Assembly (NCBI RefSeq): GCF_033153115.1
Contig: NW_026889759.1
Span: 10,602,001-10,666,000 of the forward strand
Direction: 5' to 3'
Origin: Saccostrea echinata
Taxonomy: Eukaryota
DNA length: 64,000 nucleotides
The notes beneath the pieces were generated by a model that saw only the letters and a list, made by a program, of their open reading frames with translations, did no database searches and was not told where the DNA came from. The translations under genes and the position numbers were made by a program. Below, piece by piece: positions 13,484-26,038 of the stretch; position 1 is the first letter of the stretch; every line of letters starts with the position of its first letter.

Positions 13484-16400
13484 GTCTTTTTTTCAATGTG
13501 TTTACTTGTTATTGTTGTTTCTTTTTTTTTTTTTGGGGGGGGGGGGGGGTCCAATTTTCAAGATACTGAAGTCTATTATAAGAGTTTAACTTTATTTCTC
13601 AATTTACCTGGAAGTTTTCTTGGGTATAACAGTATAACACAGGGTTGTCCCTAAGGCCCAGGGGCTAGGGAATTCCTCATCTATAATGATGTGATCCCCT
13701 GGTTATTCTGGTATTCTCCCTCAACCCCTATTAGAGGAGGAACCCCAGACTCCCTTCTACATTTTTAATGTCCTCTACTACATGTATTTCAATTCTTAGG
13801 TACAACCCTGATAACACAACTACTTCTGGTTGAATTTCAAATGCATTTTCATAACTTACATCCTCTCCCAAAATGTAGCGTTCATCAGCCCACAGAATTA
13901 TTGCTAAAACTGTTATGACTGGTCGAATTATGGCTGCCTGCAAGGTCATCAGGTTCACTTTCCTTAGGTTGCTCCTGTATTTAATTATATTCACAAATAA
14001 TCACACATAATTCATGCACATTGATATAAATATCATACAGTACTTAGTGTGAATTATGCTGGAATTGCTTCTATTGAGAATTCACTGATTTTATATAATA
14101 TTTATTCTATTTCATCTTTATTTCTTATCTCCCCTGGATATAATTTTTTTTTCTGACCTGGTTACTTTCTGCTTGTATACCCCTGGACAACAACAGCAGC
14201 AGCAGCAGGGTGGAGTTCTGAAGGACATCTGTTCCCCCTCCATCTCCTTACACACAGCCTTAAACCCTCCCATGTAGTCCACTACCATTCTCACAAACAT
14301 CACAATACACAGAGCCATGTACCTACAACAGGGGCCCACAACAGGGGTTCAGATAGACTTAACAATCAAACTCAGCTAAGCTAGCTCACATTTCATTCAT
14401 GTATCAAATGTTAGCTACATAATGTTTGTGGTCCATTATGTACATGCAAAGATTATCAATGTCTGAGTGTTATGTTAACTACACATGTGAACTAAAAATG
14501 GCTACACTGAATCAGCTGAACCACCCACATGAAATCATTCCTGTGTAGAAAGGTTAAAACGGTACTTACCAATACAAATTTACAATGTAGTTGAATATGA
14601 ACATGCTCATGCACAATAAAACATCTACCCCATCACCAATTAGTTTGAGGTGAATTCACTGATTGTGATTGATTACCAATAATAACATGAAGATGGTGTA
14701 TATATCTAATACAAGGTTACCATCTATATCTAACACAAGGTTAAAATCATCTTGTTAGCTGTTTTTGTGATGCAAAGTAATATATGGTATAACACTCATG
14801 AGTGTGAGTGACATACTCAAAACTAATATAAGCAGGAATATGTGGCTATGGTCAATATCTGGTCAGTAGTTTCATACCACACTCTACTTGCTAGCCTAGG
14901 GAGTTTTGAAATTACTGCCAGGTATCATGAAGCTTCTGGGTAAATATGCAACTAACTATACATGTACTGTATTTGAAAATTATTTGCAAACGATAGAAAG
15001 AAATTTAGTAGCTAAAGTATAATTTTTTTTAGAATTTCTATAAAGTAACACCTGCAATTAGAGTTAAGATAAGCAAAGCTTGCAAAGCAGCCTATTTTTG
15101 GTTGTAGATTGGCGTTCAATGTTGCACTCTATAATATCTTTACATATAAATATACTGTTAGTATTAATTATTTTGAATAATTGACTTTTGAAATCATAAT
15201 TTTAAACAAACACTTCTCTGAATATTGTAAGCTTGTTTGTAGGAAATAAAATTAATGACATCATTTTGAAATACTTTTAAATTTTAAACTTTTGAAACTT
15301 GATTAATATATTTTGTTTAAAATTCATCTGTATGTACAAGAAAGTTCTGCTAAATATTAAAATTAAACCAATCATTCCCTGACAAACTTACATAGCAATC
15401 ATAAGCTCTGCAATCATTGTTGTACGTGGCAATACAAGTGACAGCATACAAGCACAAGAGACCAACTGAAAAGTATTCAATACAACAAAGTCACAAAGGT
15501 CTCTACAATGGATGAATCAACATTCAGGCTCTAATACTGTTGTAAATATAGGTACTTTATGTTTAAACACCCATCAACAGAATGGATTTATGCATTTGTA
15601 CAGTAAAAACAGTTTAATCCAACACCTGTGCAATCCGTTTCAATGTGAATTCTGACCTTTTCTTTTACTATTTTCCATGTTCTTTACACTGTGCAGTCCA
15701 ATACCCCATCTATTCAGAGTATTCCACCACAAAATTTGTGTTCCACTGCATGTTGGTTAAGACTGTTTTTACAATACACAAATGCATAGTTGTTTTTCCA
15801 GAAACTAGTGCAAGCAAACAAAGCTATAGATAGATCAGCTTGTATATGCCTATATAATTATTCTCCAAAAAGGAAAGCATTCCTTACCGGGTAGAGTCCC
15901 AACATGATGAGAGTTTTGTGTTTGTTGATTTTTATTCCTTCTAGATGGTTATGACCATGAATAAAGTGGAATGTCTCAAAGTACAGGATCACTGTTGTTA
16001 TACATACAACTGCTGCAGTGATGGTTAGACCTAAAATGGCAGGCTGCCTCTCCAACTCTGTAGAAATAATTTTTAACTCTGTGAACATTGAAACAGCCTA
16101 GTCACATTTCAATCACCAAACCACTGTAAAGTTACAGAAAATTATTCATTCTAAAATTAATAAAGGCATTACAGTGGATTATCAACTGTCCTATTTATGA
16201 GTATCTCAAAAGCTAATCATGCTAAAGGTTAAATTCCAATATCCATTCAAACATGTTTTCCATCTATTTGATATGGGCCATGCTAAACTGTATGCTTAAT
16301 ATTTGGATAAATGTCTATAAATTGTCACTGACAATAATAAAGAGCTAGGTTCACTTTATGCATAAAATAGCCCTGTCCATTAACTAACATCCTATGTCCT

Positions 16401-17865
16401 ATTCCAATCATCAATATGAAATAGAGACTTGGTGCTTTTATTTCCTATAATAAAGTTTCCTTTGAGAGTAAAGATATTATAAAATGAGCTGTGTGAAATT
16501 GCAATGTTCTTGCATTTTGCTGAAAACATGTATATTTGCATACCTTCAGCAAAGAACAAAAATAAGAGCACACCCCTCAATCCAAAAAAATAAATATGTT
16601 TTATAATCTTCAGAAACAGTTCTATCATTATATACCTGCACATTTTGGATTTGTGGCTGTGCTGGATACAAAATACTGAAAAATAGCTTAAATTTTTTAC
16701 CAATTCTGAAGGAATTTGGGTATAATGATGCAATTCATGACATCATAATGCATTGGCTAGTGAGAAAATTAGATACGCAGTCACCAAGGGTTCAAGTGAT
16801 AGTTGATGCATTGTCAACTAAAATTGAGCAGTTCTGATCAGGGCCAAAAAAGGCCTTAGGTGAAGCTTACTCTTTGTGCAGTCATACAAAACATGGATTT
16901 TTGTTTGCAGTCATTTAATTTTGTAATAATACATGAGCCTTGTCAGATAGAAATCAACCTTATCATATGTAATGTCATAATGAGAAAGAAATGAATAAGA
17001 ATGGTTTTCACTTTAAGGAATGTTTTAGACATCATCAAATGCTGTTCATAGACATTTTTTTCATATTCACCATGATAGATTAAATCCCTTATGGTGTTCC
17101 TTCATAGTTCATACTCAACAACATATCAAAGAAGCCAAGGTGGTACTGAATTAATTTAATATCATAAACTTGTACTGAATTTTTAATAATTGAATGTGTT
17201 CTGTTTTTGTTGAATTTCCATTTCTCATTATTACTTTTTTCCAAAGGTCGTGCATTTAGCCATAAGAAATGAAATAGTTATAAACTAAACAACTAGTTTT
17301 GATCAGAATAACATGATAGAATGTCTGATGAAATAAATTTAAATTACAATTTAAATATTAAACTTCATAAACAAAAAGAAAAAGATTTGAGGTACTCCGA
17401 ATGAAAAATACAGAGATGTTCCAGAAAGATACAACAAAGGGTGAGATAAAGGGTGTATAATACAGGGTGCATGCCTGTGTTCATATCAGGGATGCAAAAA
17501 TCCTGCATTATATAACAAATATATAATAAATGTGTTACAGTGTATATCTAAATATTTATATTTCTGACTGTTCGTGAGCTAAATAAGCCCTATAAAATCA
17601 CAAAAAGATAAATCTTATCTAGTATAAGGCTTTTGATATAAGTGCAATGGCCCCGCTTGAACTTAAGAAATGCAATTTATCTTTTCAATGAGTTTTGGAC
17701 ATTCACCTCAAGAAATACATGCAGCCATGGCTGGCATGAATAATATAGTCACCATTTATACGTACCTCCTCCTTCTTATACTACCTTACCTAAAAACAAA
17801 GCAGATGACACAGGAAAGTCTTTGTGGACACAATCCAGTTCTTGTATAAGACTGCTGTTATTCAT
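10689..17865 (-). CDS. SLC51A: Organic solute transporter alpha-like (OST-alpha / Solute_trans_a family)
   Basis: Exons 17865-17790, 16057-15888, ~15466-15393, ~14322-14158, ~13975-13859, ~11928-11676, then 11476-11328 (stop), or 11476-11373 spliced to 10715-10689 (stop). Multi-TM protein with LGLYP, LVLPR, RTPPCCCCCCCP poly-Cys loop, LQAAIIRP, KFAALQL, LLIVEM motifs. Confidence 0.88.
12233..13482 (+). mobile_element. Helentron/HINE-type element carrying ~167-bp satellite monomers (resembles oyster Cg170/HindIII satellite)
   Basis: 5' TTTTTAGCTCACCTGAGCCAAAGGCTCAAGTGAGC subterminal IR, (GTC)n microsatellite, monomers with CAGGTAGTGTAGATTCAAGTTTGTTCAAATCA at ~12546, 12712, 12879, 13047; 3' CAGGTGAGCGATGTGGCCCATGGGCCTCTTGTT hairpin. 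Confidence 0.88.
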
Positions 17866-18059
17866 GGCTGGTGATAAATCTGCAATGACAACAGTAATTC
17901 TCAGACCAAAGATATATTTTGTTATGGAATGAAGACCTTGCTGAGGTGGACAAAATAGCTCAATCATTGAAATGACACAAACTTAACTTTCGCAAAAAAG
18001 TGTTAGATGACGTTCTCAAATATGATTTTCATGTATTATTATATATAATAATAAGCAAT

Positions 18060-18220
18060 TGCATACCTTGTAAACAACGACACAGACACTACTCTGTGAG
18101 TCTGTCTACTCAGACTACTCGGTCTACTATCAACAGAAAGCTCTGGGCTATAAACTGGTTCTTTATGTAAGCGGAAAACGTAATAGGGAACCAGTTAAAT
18201 AACTGGGGGTAAACAATATG
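18060..18220. promoter_or_regulatory. Probable bidirectional promoter between the OST-alpha 5'UTR exon (-) and the SVWC-ShKT gene (+)
   Basis: Minus-strand donor (AG|GTATG, forward CATACCT ~18062-18068) and plus-strand ATG at 18218 in an AATATGGCGGC (YY1-like) context are ~150 bp apart; locally higher CpG. Confidence 0.45.
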
Positions 18221-21159
18221 GCGGCAAGCGGGGGCCAATTGCAACTTTTTTGTGGCGTTTCTGTTGCCCTTTTATTCTTTTTCCTTCTTCATTGTGATTT
18301 TATCTGCACTTCAAAACCAACGATTGCTATAAAACAATCCATGCCTCTTACATCAGGTATAAACCAGCTGTAAATTGACCGTTTAATACCGAATGTTTAT
18401 AATCACTATATGCACTATGTTATGAATATGAGTGCTGTGGTGCGTGTACGTGCTGCTATGTTTTTTATTGTACCTACACATTGGCAGCAATTTCATATTG
18501 TTTGTGTATTTCATATAAAATAGTATATGATATATCGTATTATTCTTTTAGGATGGCTGGTAGGAGAAATTTCTTAATCTAAACTCTTTCATCCACCCAC
18601 AGGACCGGGCTCGTCTTGGTCTGCATATTTGTCTATTTTTAGACCACCCCATCACTATAAAATATAGTGTATGGGTGGTTAAAAAATGGGAAAACAGATA
18701 AACAGATGAGGCCATGTGGTACACCCTTACAGATAGAACGTTCTATCATTAAAATGATATTGTTCTACGGACCTGAGACACATATTATTCAGACTACCAC
18801 CCTTATCTTTTCAGCCCATTCATTGTCCCGAAGTTTCATATTTTTACAAATAATTAATTCATTTTTTTTGTCTCCTTCAACCCCCTCCACACACACACTT
18901 CCGTGGGTAACCCAGCCATGTGTTTACTTAAGGGTATTCTATAGGGATAGGTATCGGCAAAAATTTCGTATCGTGATATATCACGATTTTTTCCCAAAAA
19001 TATCACGATAAATCGTGATATTTTTACACACAATTTTTACTACAATTTCAAATGAATTTCCATAACATTTCTTTAAAATATGCTATAAAAACATAACTTT
19101 ACTCTTTAAATTTTCATTTATTTAATAAAAAGCATATTTTGATGGTGTTGTTTAACTGTTTTCAACCTTTTTTACACTATTTATAATTGTCATTCAATAG
19201 TTTGAACAAATAAATGATTAATTTCCGGAATTTATAGATATGTACCAAATACCGGTATTTTAGTCTCCGTATCACGCAGTGAAAATTGTGATATACCAGT
19301 ATACTGATAAAATTGCGCATCCCTAGTATTCTATGTATTATAATCAGAACTATCAGGGAAATTGATGTACTATTCTCTTTTTTGTAGATTGTACTGATAA
19401 CAATGGTGCAGTTGTTGGTCATGAAGCAACATGGCCTACCTCAACTGGTTCCTGTGATAAGAATAAATGTTGGCATGGAACACTGAAGAAATTTGTTATA
19501 AAATACAGGTATATTTTATGAAACAAATGTACTTTCTCTGGAAGGAAATAATAAGACATAGATTCTCTGATTCAATATTATATAAGGTTCAGTGGCCATT
19601 TCAATATAAAACAATACCTATATTTTTTAAATTTCAGTTGCCCCTCCCTGAAGACCGGAGAAAATCCAGATAGTGACAATTGTTTTGAAACATCCAATTC
19701 AGCTTTAAGTTTCCCAGACTGCTGTCCAACACTTAGTTGTAATTCCTCTGTACCATTGACAACTCTGGCTCCAACAGGTGAAGATACACTTTGGTTCATT
19801 CAAAAATTTATCACTAGGAGCATTCATTCTGAATTATTGTTATGTTTAATTCACCTGAGCATAGGCTTACTGAGCTTTTGTGATTGACAATTGTCAGGCT
19901 GTATGTTTGTAAATTTTTATTGCTTTGGTCTTTTTTTCCAAAAGTGCAGAACCAATTTCAACCAAACTTGCCACAAACCATCATAGGATGAGGGGGGATT
20001 TAAGATTATTCCAATAGGGGCACAACTATTTGCAATAACAGATAAAAAAATAAATAAGGGAAATTGGATGGGTTGTTTAAAAATCTTTTCAAGAATCACT
20101 GTGCCAGAAAAGACTAAATGTATGTGACTGCGTCTTCCATGAGTGTAGATTCAAGTTTGTACAAATCAGTGCAAGCATCTTCATGCAATTTAGATCCATG
20201 TTCATGATCCATGCTTGTTCAAATAATGACCTCAAGGGACTGAATAAAGTTGGTGTCAAGCTTATATATATAATGTACATGAAAAATTGTTAAAATCATG
20301 AACTTCAATTTGGAAACAACTATAAGAGGCCTTTTTTATCTAATATGCAAATATTCATTCATCAGGAAGAGTATGGTGACCTAGGTGAGCACTGTGGGCC
20401 ATGGGTCATTTGTTTTATTTGCCTTTCCTTGACTCTTCCAGTATTTCTGTATTCTGTAGACAAAGTTTATCAATTTACAGTAAAACACACTTATAGCTAA
20501 CATGGTTATAATGAATTGATGCTTACAGTGAAGTGATTTTCATTCTCAGTGACTTTAAAATACATTTTAAACTTACCGGATATAACAAATTACGTTTATA
20601 ACAAAGCAAAATTGTCTGTCCCTGACACTTTATTATAAGCATGTTTTACTGTATACTCAGTAATGTTTGCAATGAGTTATAAGAACTTGATTATTATTTT
20701 ATTGATTTTTAACAGCTTGTTATGATCTGAGCTCAGATTTTGCCTGCAGTGTGTGGTCAAACATGACCAGTGGGTGTCGCAATGGAACCGATGGTTATGG
20801 AGACCGGATATACAACTACACAACCATCTTCTGTAGGAAAACCTGCGGGTTAGTTTCAGCTATTGTCTAAGTAATTACTGAAACATCTTCTTGAATAGTT
20901 ACAGAGTTATTTTGTTTTATTGAGCATCATGAATTAGTTGAATTATTAGATGTAAGGTACAATTTTCTATAAAGAAATGGATCATGATGCCTCAACACAG
21001 AGGAAAATGCCACATTATTAAAATGCTTATTCATAAAAGCAAAGAGATATTTTTCATAAAGTAATTTAATTTGAAATGTTTTACTTTTAAACTTTCTTCT
21101 TTTTTGTTCTTGTCTATCATACAAGTTAATTTTAGAGGATTTTTTTCAGATTTTGTTAG
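18218..21159 (+). CDS. Secreted 180-aa protein: signal peptide + single-domain von Willebrand factor C (SVWC) + ShKT domain
   Basis: Phase-consistent exons 18218-18356, 19388-19508, 19638-19777, 20716-20848, 21150-21159 (543 nt). 8-Cys DCTDNNG..HEATW...SCDKNKCWHG...SCP...NCF...SFPDCCPTLSC; linker NSSVPLTTLAPT; 6-Cys CYD.....C..W.....C...FCRKTCGFC-stop. Confidence 0.85.
18942..19325. mobile_element. hAT-type MITE
   Basis: TAGGGAT...ATCCCTA termini; perfect 8-bp TSD GTATTCTA (18934-18941 / 19326-19333); subterminal ATCGTGATA-like motifs. Confidence 0.85.
19848..20414 (+). mobile_element. Decayed HINE/Cg170-like element
   Basis: TTCACCTGAGCATAGGCTTACTGAGC start, GTGTAGATTCAAGTTTG core and AGGTGAGCACTGTGGGCCATGGGTC end; homologous to 12233-13482. 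Confidence 0.7.
20477..20652. mobile_element. TA-flanked CAGT-terminus MITE (Tc1/mariner-like)
   Basis: TACAGTAAAACACACTTATA ... TATAAGCATGTTTTACTGTA inverted termini. Confidence 0.6.
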
Positions 21160-21544
21160 ATAGTTGAACCCATCAAGTGAAGATTATGCATTCCGTCCAG
21201 GAGAATTTGCAATCAGAACATTTTTGTTTTATCTATGTGCATATAGTACCTCTCTTTTTTAACATATTCTCCTCAAAAGATTTTTTTTGTAATTGATTGT
21301 ACTATTGTATTTCAATATTTGTAATTCCACTTGGAGCTTCTCTATGTTAGAGTATCAACATTTGAAATGTTTTGCTTACACATACCAAAGTATTTTCAAA
21401 GCATATATTTTATATTTATATACCATTAACAGTAAATGTTTATGTCAATGAATGTACAATTTTTTTATCCTTTAGTAACGTGATTGTTTATTAGAAAAGC
21501 ATTGAGTTTTTTGTGTGTGTGTGTGAAAGTTGTTATCTGTATTC

Positions 21545-22068
21545 AAAGGACAAGGTACGTTAGCGGTCAAATTTGGCCCCTTTTTTGATATAAAAATCAA
21601 AACACAGTTGAGATTGTGATAGTTTACAGTTCAGAACTCTAAATGACAAAATAATCCCAAAGAAGGACATTTTACTGAATATCCTCAATTCTGATTGAAT
21701 TTTGTTAAATTTTAGATACTTTTCACTTTGTGAAACATAGAGCAAAAACTTGCCTATCTGTGATTTTTATACAGAAGATGCATCTGATACTAGTATATGA
21801 AATATATAAATATGGTAGATAGGCAAGCATGTGCTCTATGTTTTCTGACAAAAAGTGTTCTTTAAAATTGAAAAATTTGTATAAAAATGAGAAAATTCCA
21901 AAATTGACATATTTTGTGACCATTGTGCATCCCATAAACTAGAATTAATGTTCATTTTGTAACAGGGATGACAACAGGTACATGTATTTTGATTATGAAC
22001 TATTGCATCATTCTTAGAGACACTCCAAACCTGGGGCCAAGAAGGGGTCTTAGCCTATCTTGTCCTTC
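21545..22068. mobile_element. Decayed Kolobok-like non-autonomous element
   Basis: AAGGACAAG ... CTTGTCCTT inverted termini with degenerate TTAA-like flanks. Confidence 0.4.
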
Positions 22069-22121
22069 AAATTATTTATAATACTTATTTTATTTCAGTC
22101 TGTGATTTTACTTATTATTTT

Positions 22122-22258
22122 TACTGTATACAGGGAAATTTTGTCCCTCTTTTATTTTCGCCCTTGTCACAAGTAGGATAATTTGAAATGGGGCAAAGTT
22201 GTTTCCAAGTGTGACAGGGCAGAAATTACATGGGGCAAAAACCACCCTGTATACAGTA
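22122..22258. mobile_element. TACTGTATACAGGG MITE (second copy ~37702-37910)
   Basis: Inverted termini TACTGTATACAGGG / CCCTGTATACAGTA; related internal sequence in both copies. Confidence 0.6.
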
Positions 22259-22869
22259 TTGCTTAATATTGTTTTGATATTACTGTTTTGGGGCAGGTCC
22301 CACTTTTCAGATCAGGATTTTTTTTTTTGTTGCAAAGAAATAAAAGTATAAATTATCTAAATACAGAACTGTTTTTTTTTTACCTTTTGCATAAAACTAT
22401 TGAAAATAGTTTAATTTTTAAAGAAGGCTGTTTACTTATACATTTCATTGAATGGACAAATCAAAAAATAGAATGAAACCAAGGAGCCTAAATCAGATAT
22501 GAGTAATGTGTCCATACTACTTTTAACTATATACATGTATTATGTTGTTTATATTGGTCTCAGGGAAATCCTCTCTAGATGAGTTTGTTGTACTTTATTT
22601 CTCAAACTTGGTCAAGTCATGATCGAGGCGGATACTGATTTCACCTTTATTCCATTTTAAGGGAATAAAACAAAAAACTTAGCATTTAATGGCATACTTT
22701 TGTATATACACTCATAGTGTTCACGTAAAATCAGGAATAGTATGTTACCGTCCCTGTGAGTGGTTCTGAAGAAGATTAAATTGTAGTCTTTGACTCAGGT
22801 GAACTATCAACATAACACATAAAAACGCTATAACACTGGCTTCTCTTTGTCTTTGAATAACATTTAATG

Positions 22870-24980
22870 TAAAAATAAAAGTATTTTTGTTTCATTTTTT
22901 TTATTTATTTACAAGTCGACATGAGTACTTAACCATTAAAAACTATGAAAGTACTTTTTAGATCATGCAATAAAATCTTCTATGATTCTTTTATTCGATT
23001 GACCTATCAATAGTTCAATTATATCGATTACATTACTTATAGTGATTATTTATCATAGGTGAATAACGAAGGGAAATAACTTTTCTCAGAGTAGAGTACA
23101 AATTAACAGAGCACTGACCAGCACTAAAACCCTCAACCTAGTCGTCCAGAATTTCACAAATCTAATTAAAACATTCTTGCTCATTACAATTTTGTGAAGA
23201 TTAGATGATTTTCAAAGAATTTCAATAAATTCATTCTATGATCAATACAACCCTACCCCTGACCCAAGAGCAACGAATTTCTGATTTTGGAAGAGGCACC
23301 TTGCTCATTTTAATCATGCATTTAGTTTCTTTGCTCAATAACCAGGAGCAGAGAAGATTTTTCTCAGAATTCAATTAATGCATTTTCACTCTATGATCAA
23401 TAGAGCCCCACCTAAACACCAGAACCCCTGACCCAGGGGCAGTGAATTTCACAATTTTGAAAAAGCACCTTGCTCATCATAACCATGCACTCTGTTTGTC
23501 TGCTGAATACCCAGGGGCAGAGAATAATGCATTTTTACTCTATGAACCAATTGAGCCTTGGGGCCTAACTGCAGAACTGTAGCTCTGCAAAACAAGAGGC
23601 CCAAGGGCCTTAACGGTCACTTGAGTATAATACAACAATTTATAGGAATTCATAGATGTATAAAATAAACCCATATATACAGCTTTGTTTCCCAAATGCG
23701 AGAGAAATAGGATGATCAGGATCAACTAAATACTTAGGCTTGTACTCACGAGTTCTACTTGCCCCCATTTATCACTATCACCAAGCAGACTATTAACAAA
23801 ACAATAGTGCTTCAATACTATATTTAACTTCATATTTTTATCTCTCACATTGGCCTCTCTTGGTCTTTAAAGAACATTTAATGAGATGAATAATTTTTGT
23901 CTCATTTTTATTTATCTATTATCTACAAGTCTTCCTGATCATTAAAACAATGAATGTACTTTTTTTTATTATACAATGAAAGTTCTTGCATAATTTTCTT
24001 ATTCTATTAATCTATCAATTATTTACATTGATTAATTATCAAAGGTGAATGGCAAAGGGGAATAACTTATTTCAGTAGAATGCAAATTAATAGAGCCCTG
24101 GCTGGTACCAGAACACTTGACAAAATGGTCCAGAATATCAAAAATCTGGTAAAAATACCCTTGCTCATTAAAACTTTTACTCTGCCTCCGAGATGCCCGG
24201 GAACAAAGAAGATTTTCAAAGAAATAATACATTTTCAATATAGATACAGACCCTAACACCAGAACCCATGAACCGGGGTCATGAAATTCACGGAGAGGTA
24301 CTCTCACTCATCATAACTATGCATTAATTTGAAGATTTTCAAAGAATTAACACATTTTCCCTATATTATCAATAGAGCCCCCAACCCCGACCCCCTCCCG
24401 GAACAACCAGAATCTCTGACCCTGGGGCTGCAAGTTTTAAAATTTATGGAAGAAGCACCCTTGCTCATCATAACTATGTACTTTGTTTCTCTGCTCAATA
24501 CCCAGAAGCAGACAAGATTATTTAATAGAATTGGTGCATTTTTATTATATTATCAATAGAGCCCCACCATTACACCAGAAGATCTTACCAGAGGTCACGA
24601 AACTGGAAGAAGCACCCTTGTTAATCATAACTATACACTTAGTTTATTTGCTTTATAAGTAGGAACTGAGAAGAATATTTTCAAAGAAATTCTGCATTTT
24701 CACTGTATAATCAATAGAGCCCCTCCCCCTTTCCCAGAACTCCCGACCCTGGGGCCATGAATTTCACAATTTTGGGAGAGCCATCCTTGCTTATCAGAGC
24801 CATGCACTTAGTTTGTTTACAATTTTTCAATTTGAGTTGGAGTTACATTTCAAACTTCTTTGTTTTAAAGTGATTATAAAAATCAGTTATTTGAAATAAT
24901 ATTATAAAAAAGACGGGGAAGTAATAAATTGAACAGGCGCGTTACTATATCCCCTCCAACTCTGTTGCGAGGGGATAAAA
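22870..24980 (-). mobile_element. Two adjacent HINE-like copies with degenerate ~170-bp repeats
   Basis: Same units as 8425-9889; second copy begins AACAAGAGGCCCAAGGGCCTTAACGGTCAC (~23591); array ends with the ATCCCCTC...GAGGGGAT hairpin (~24949-24976). Confidence 0.65.
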
Positions 24981-26038
24981 ATACTGATAATTTCCCGATT
25001 TGAACCATTACTGGTGTTGTTATTAAATTTCGTGGGTATCAAATTTCGTGCTATTCCACCGATCGAGACAACTTACCTCACCCTACTCTACAATTACTAA
25101 ACTTCGTAGTTCCATGATCACTTAATTTCATGATCTAGCTTAACCATGAAAAGATTAGTGTTTAACGAAAAAAATCTTTCTGTTCAACTGAATTACATTG
25201 TAATTGGTACCTATATCAGAGATCAAATTTAAACAATTGGAGAAGATAAGGAAGGGGAAAAAATGCATGCGCATTTGAAATGACCGTAGCTTTTTCAACG
25301 GTTAAATGTCAGCTGCATGGACACACACTAGCATTATTTTCGAAACAGTTGAACATTATAAATTACAATTGTTACTTGTAAGCTTATATTATCTGGGACA
25401 AGAAAAATTTTCCCTTTCCGAAGTTTGACAACGATGAATGATAACACAACAATTTAAACACTCTCACTAAACAGTGACCACGTGGATGAAGTTCACACCT
25501 AGGCTTATCTGTGATCCAGCGATAAATGTTTGACTGCTGTGTTAATTGATATTGACCCTTTAATTTGTGTTTGTCATTCATTATATGCCAATTTACTATT
25601 ATTAAACATTATGTCACTTTTTAAAAAATCCAGGAAGTTATTAAAAATATGCATTTTATTTGATGATGCAACTGAGTAAATGATCAAAACACGTTTGTTA
25701 ACTTCATAAGTGTAATACAAGATGAAAAAAAAATCCTGCATGCATTTCCACACCCGAAAAAGTGAACTTTTATTACGCGACAATAAAGCAGTATCAAGCA
25801 ATAAACATTATTTGAAGTAATTATCAATTTCTTCAACCTGATTAATGAGATGTATTAGATATTATGCAGTTAATACTCTGTAATTATCGTGATTCAAATA
25901 TTAATATTTTGTAATCTCTAGTTTTAAGAGCTGGCAAACAGAAGATTTGCACAAAAAGACAAGAAAAATGTCACATTGCAAAGGAAGTTGAATGTCTAGC
26001 AAAGACCTCATGGACTTGTCTACATTGTTTTGTGAGTT

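Noticed and set aside
14185-14210. Run of seven cysteines
   Set aside because: A Cys-rich loop is a normal OST-alpha family feature.
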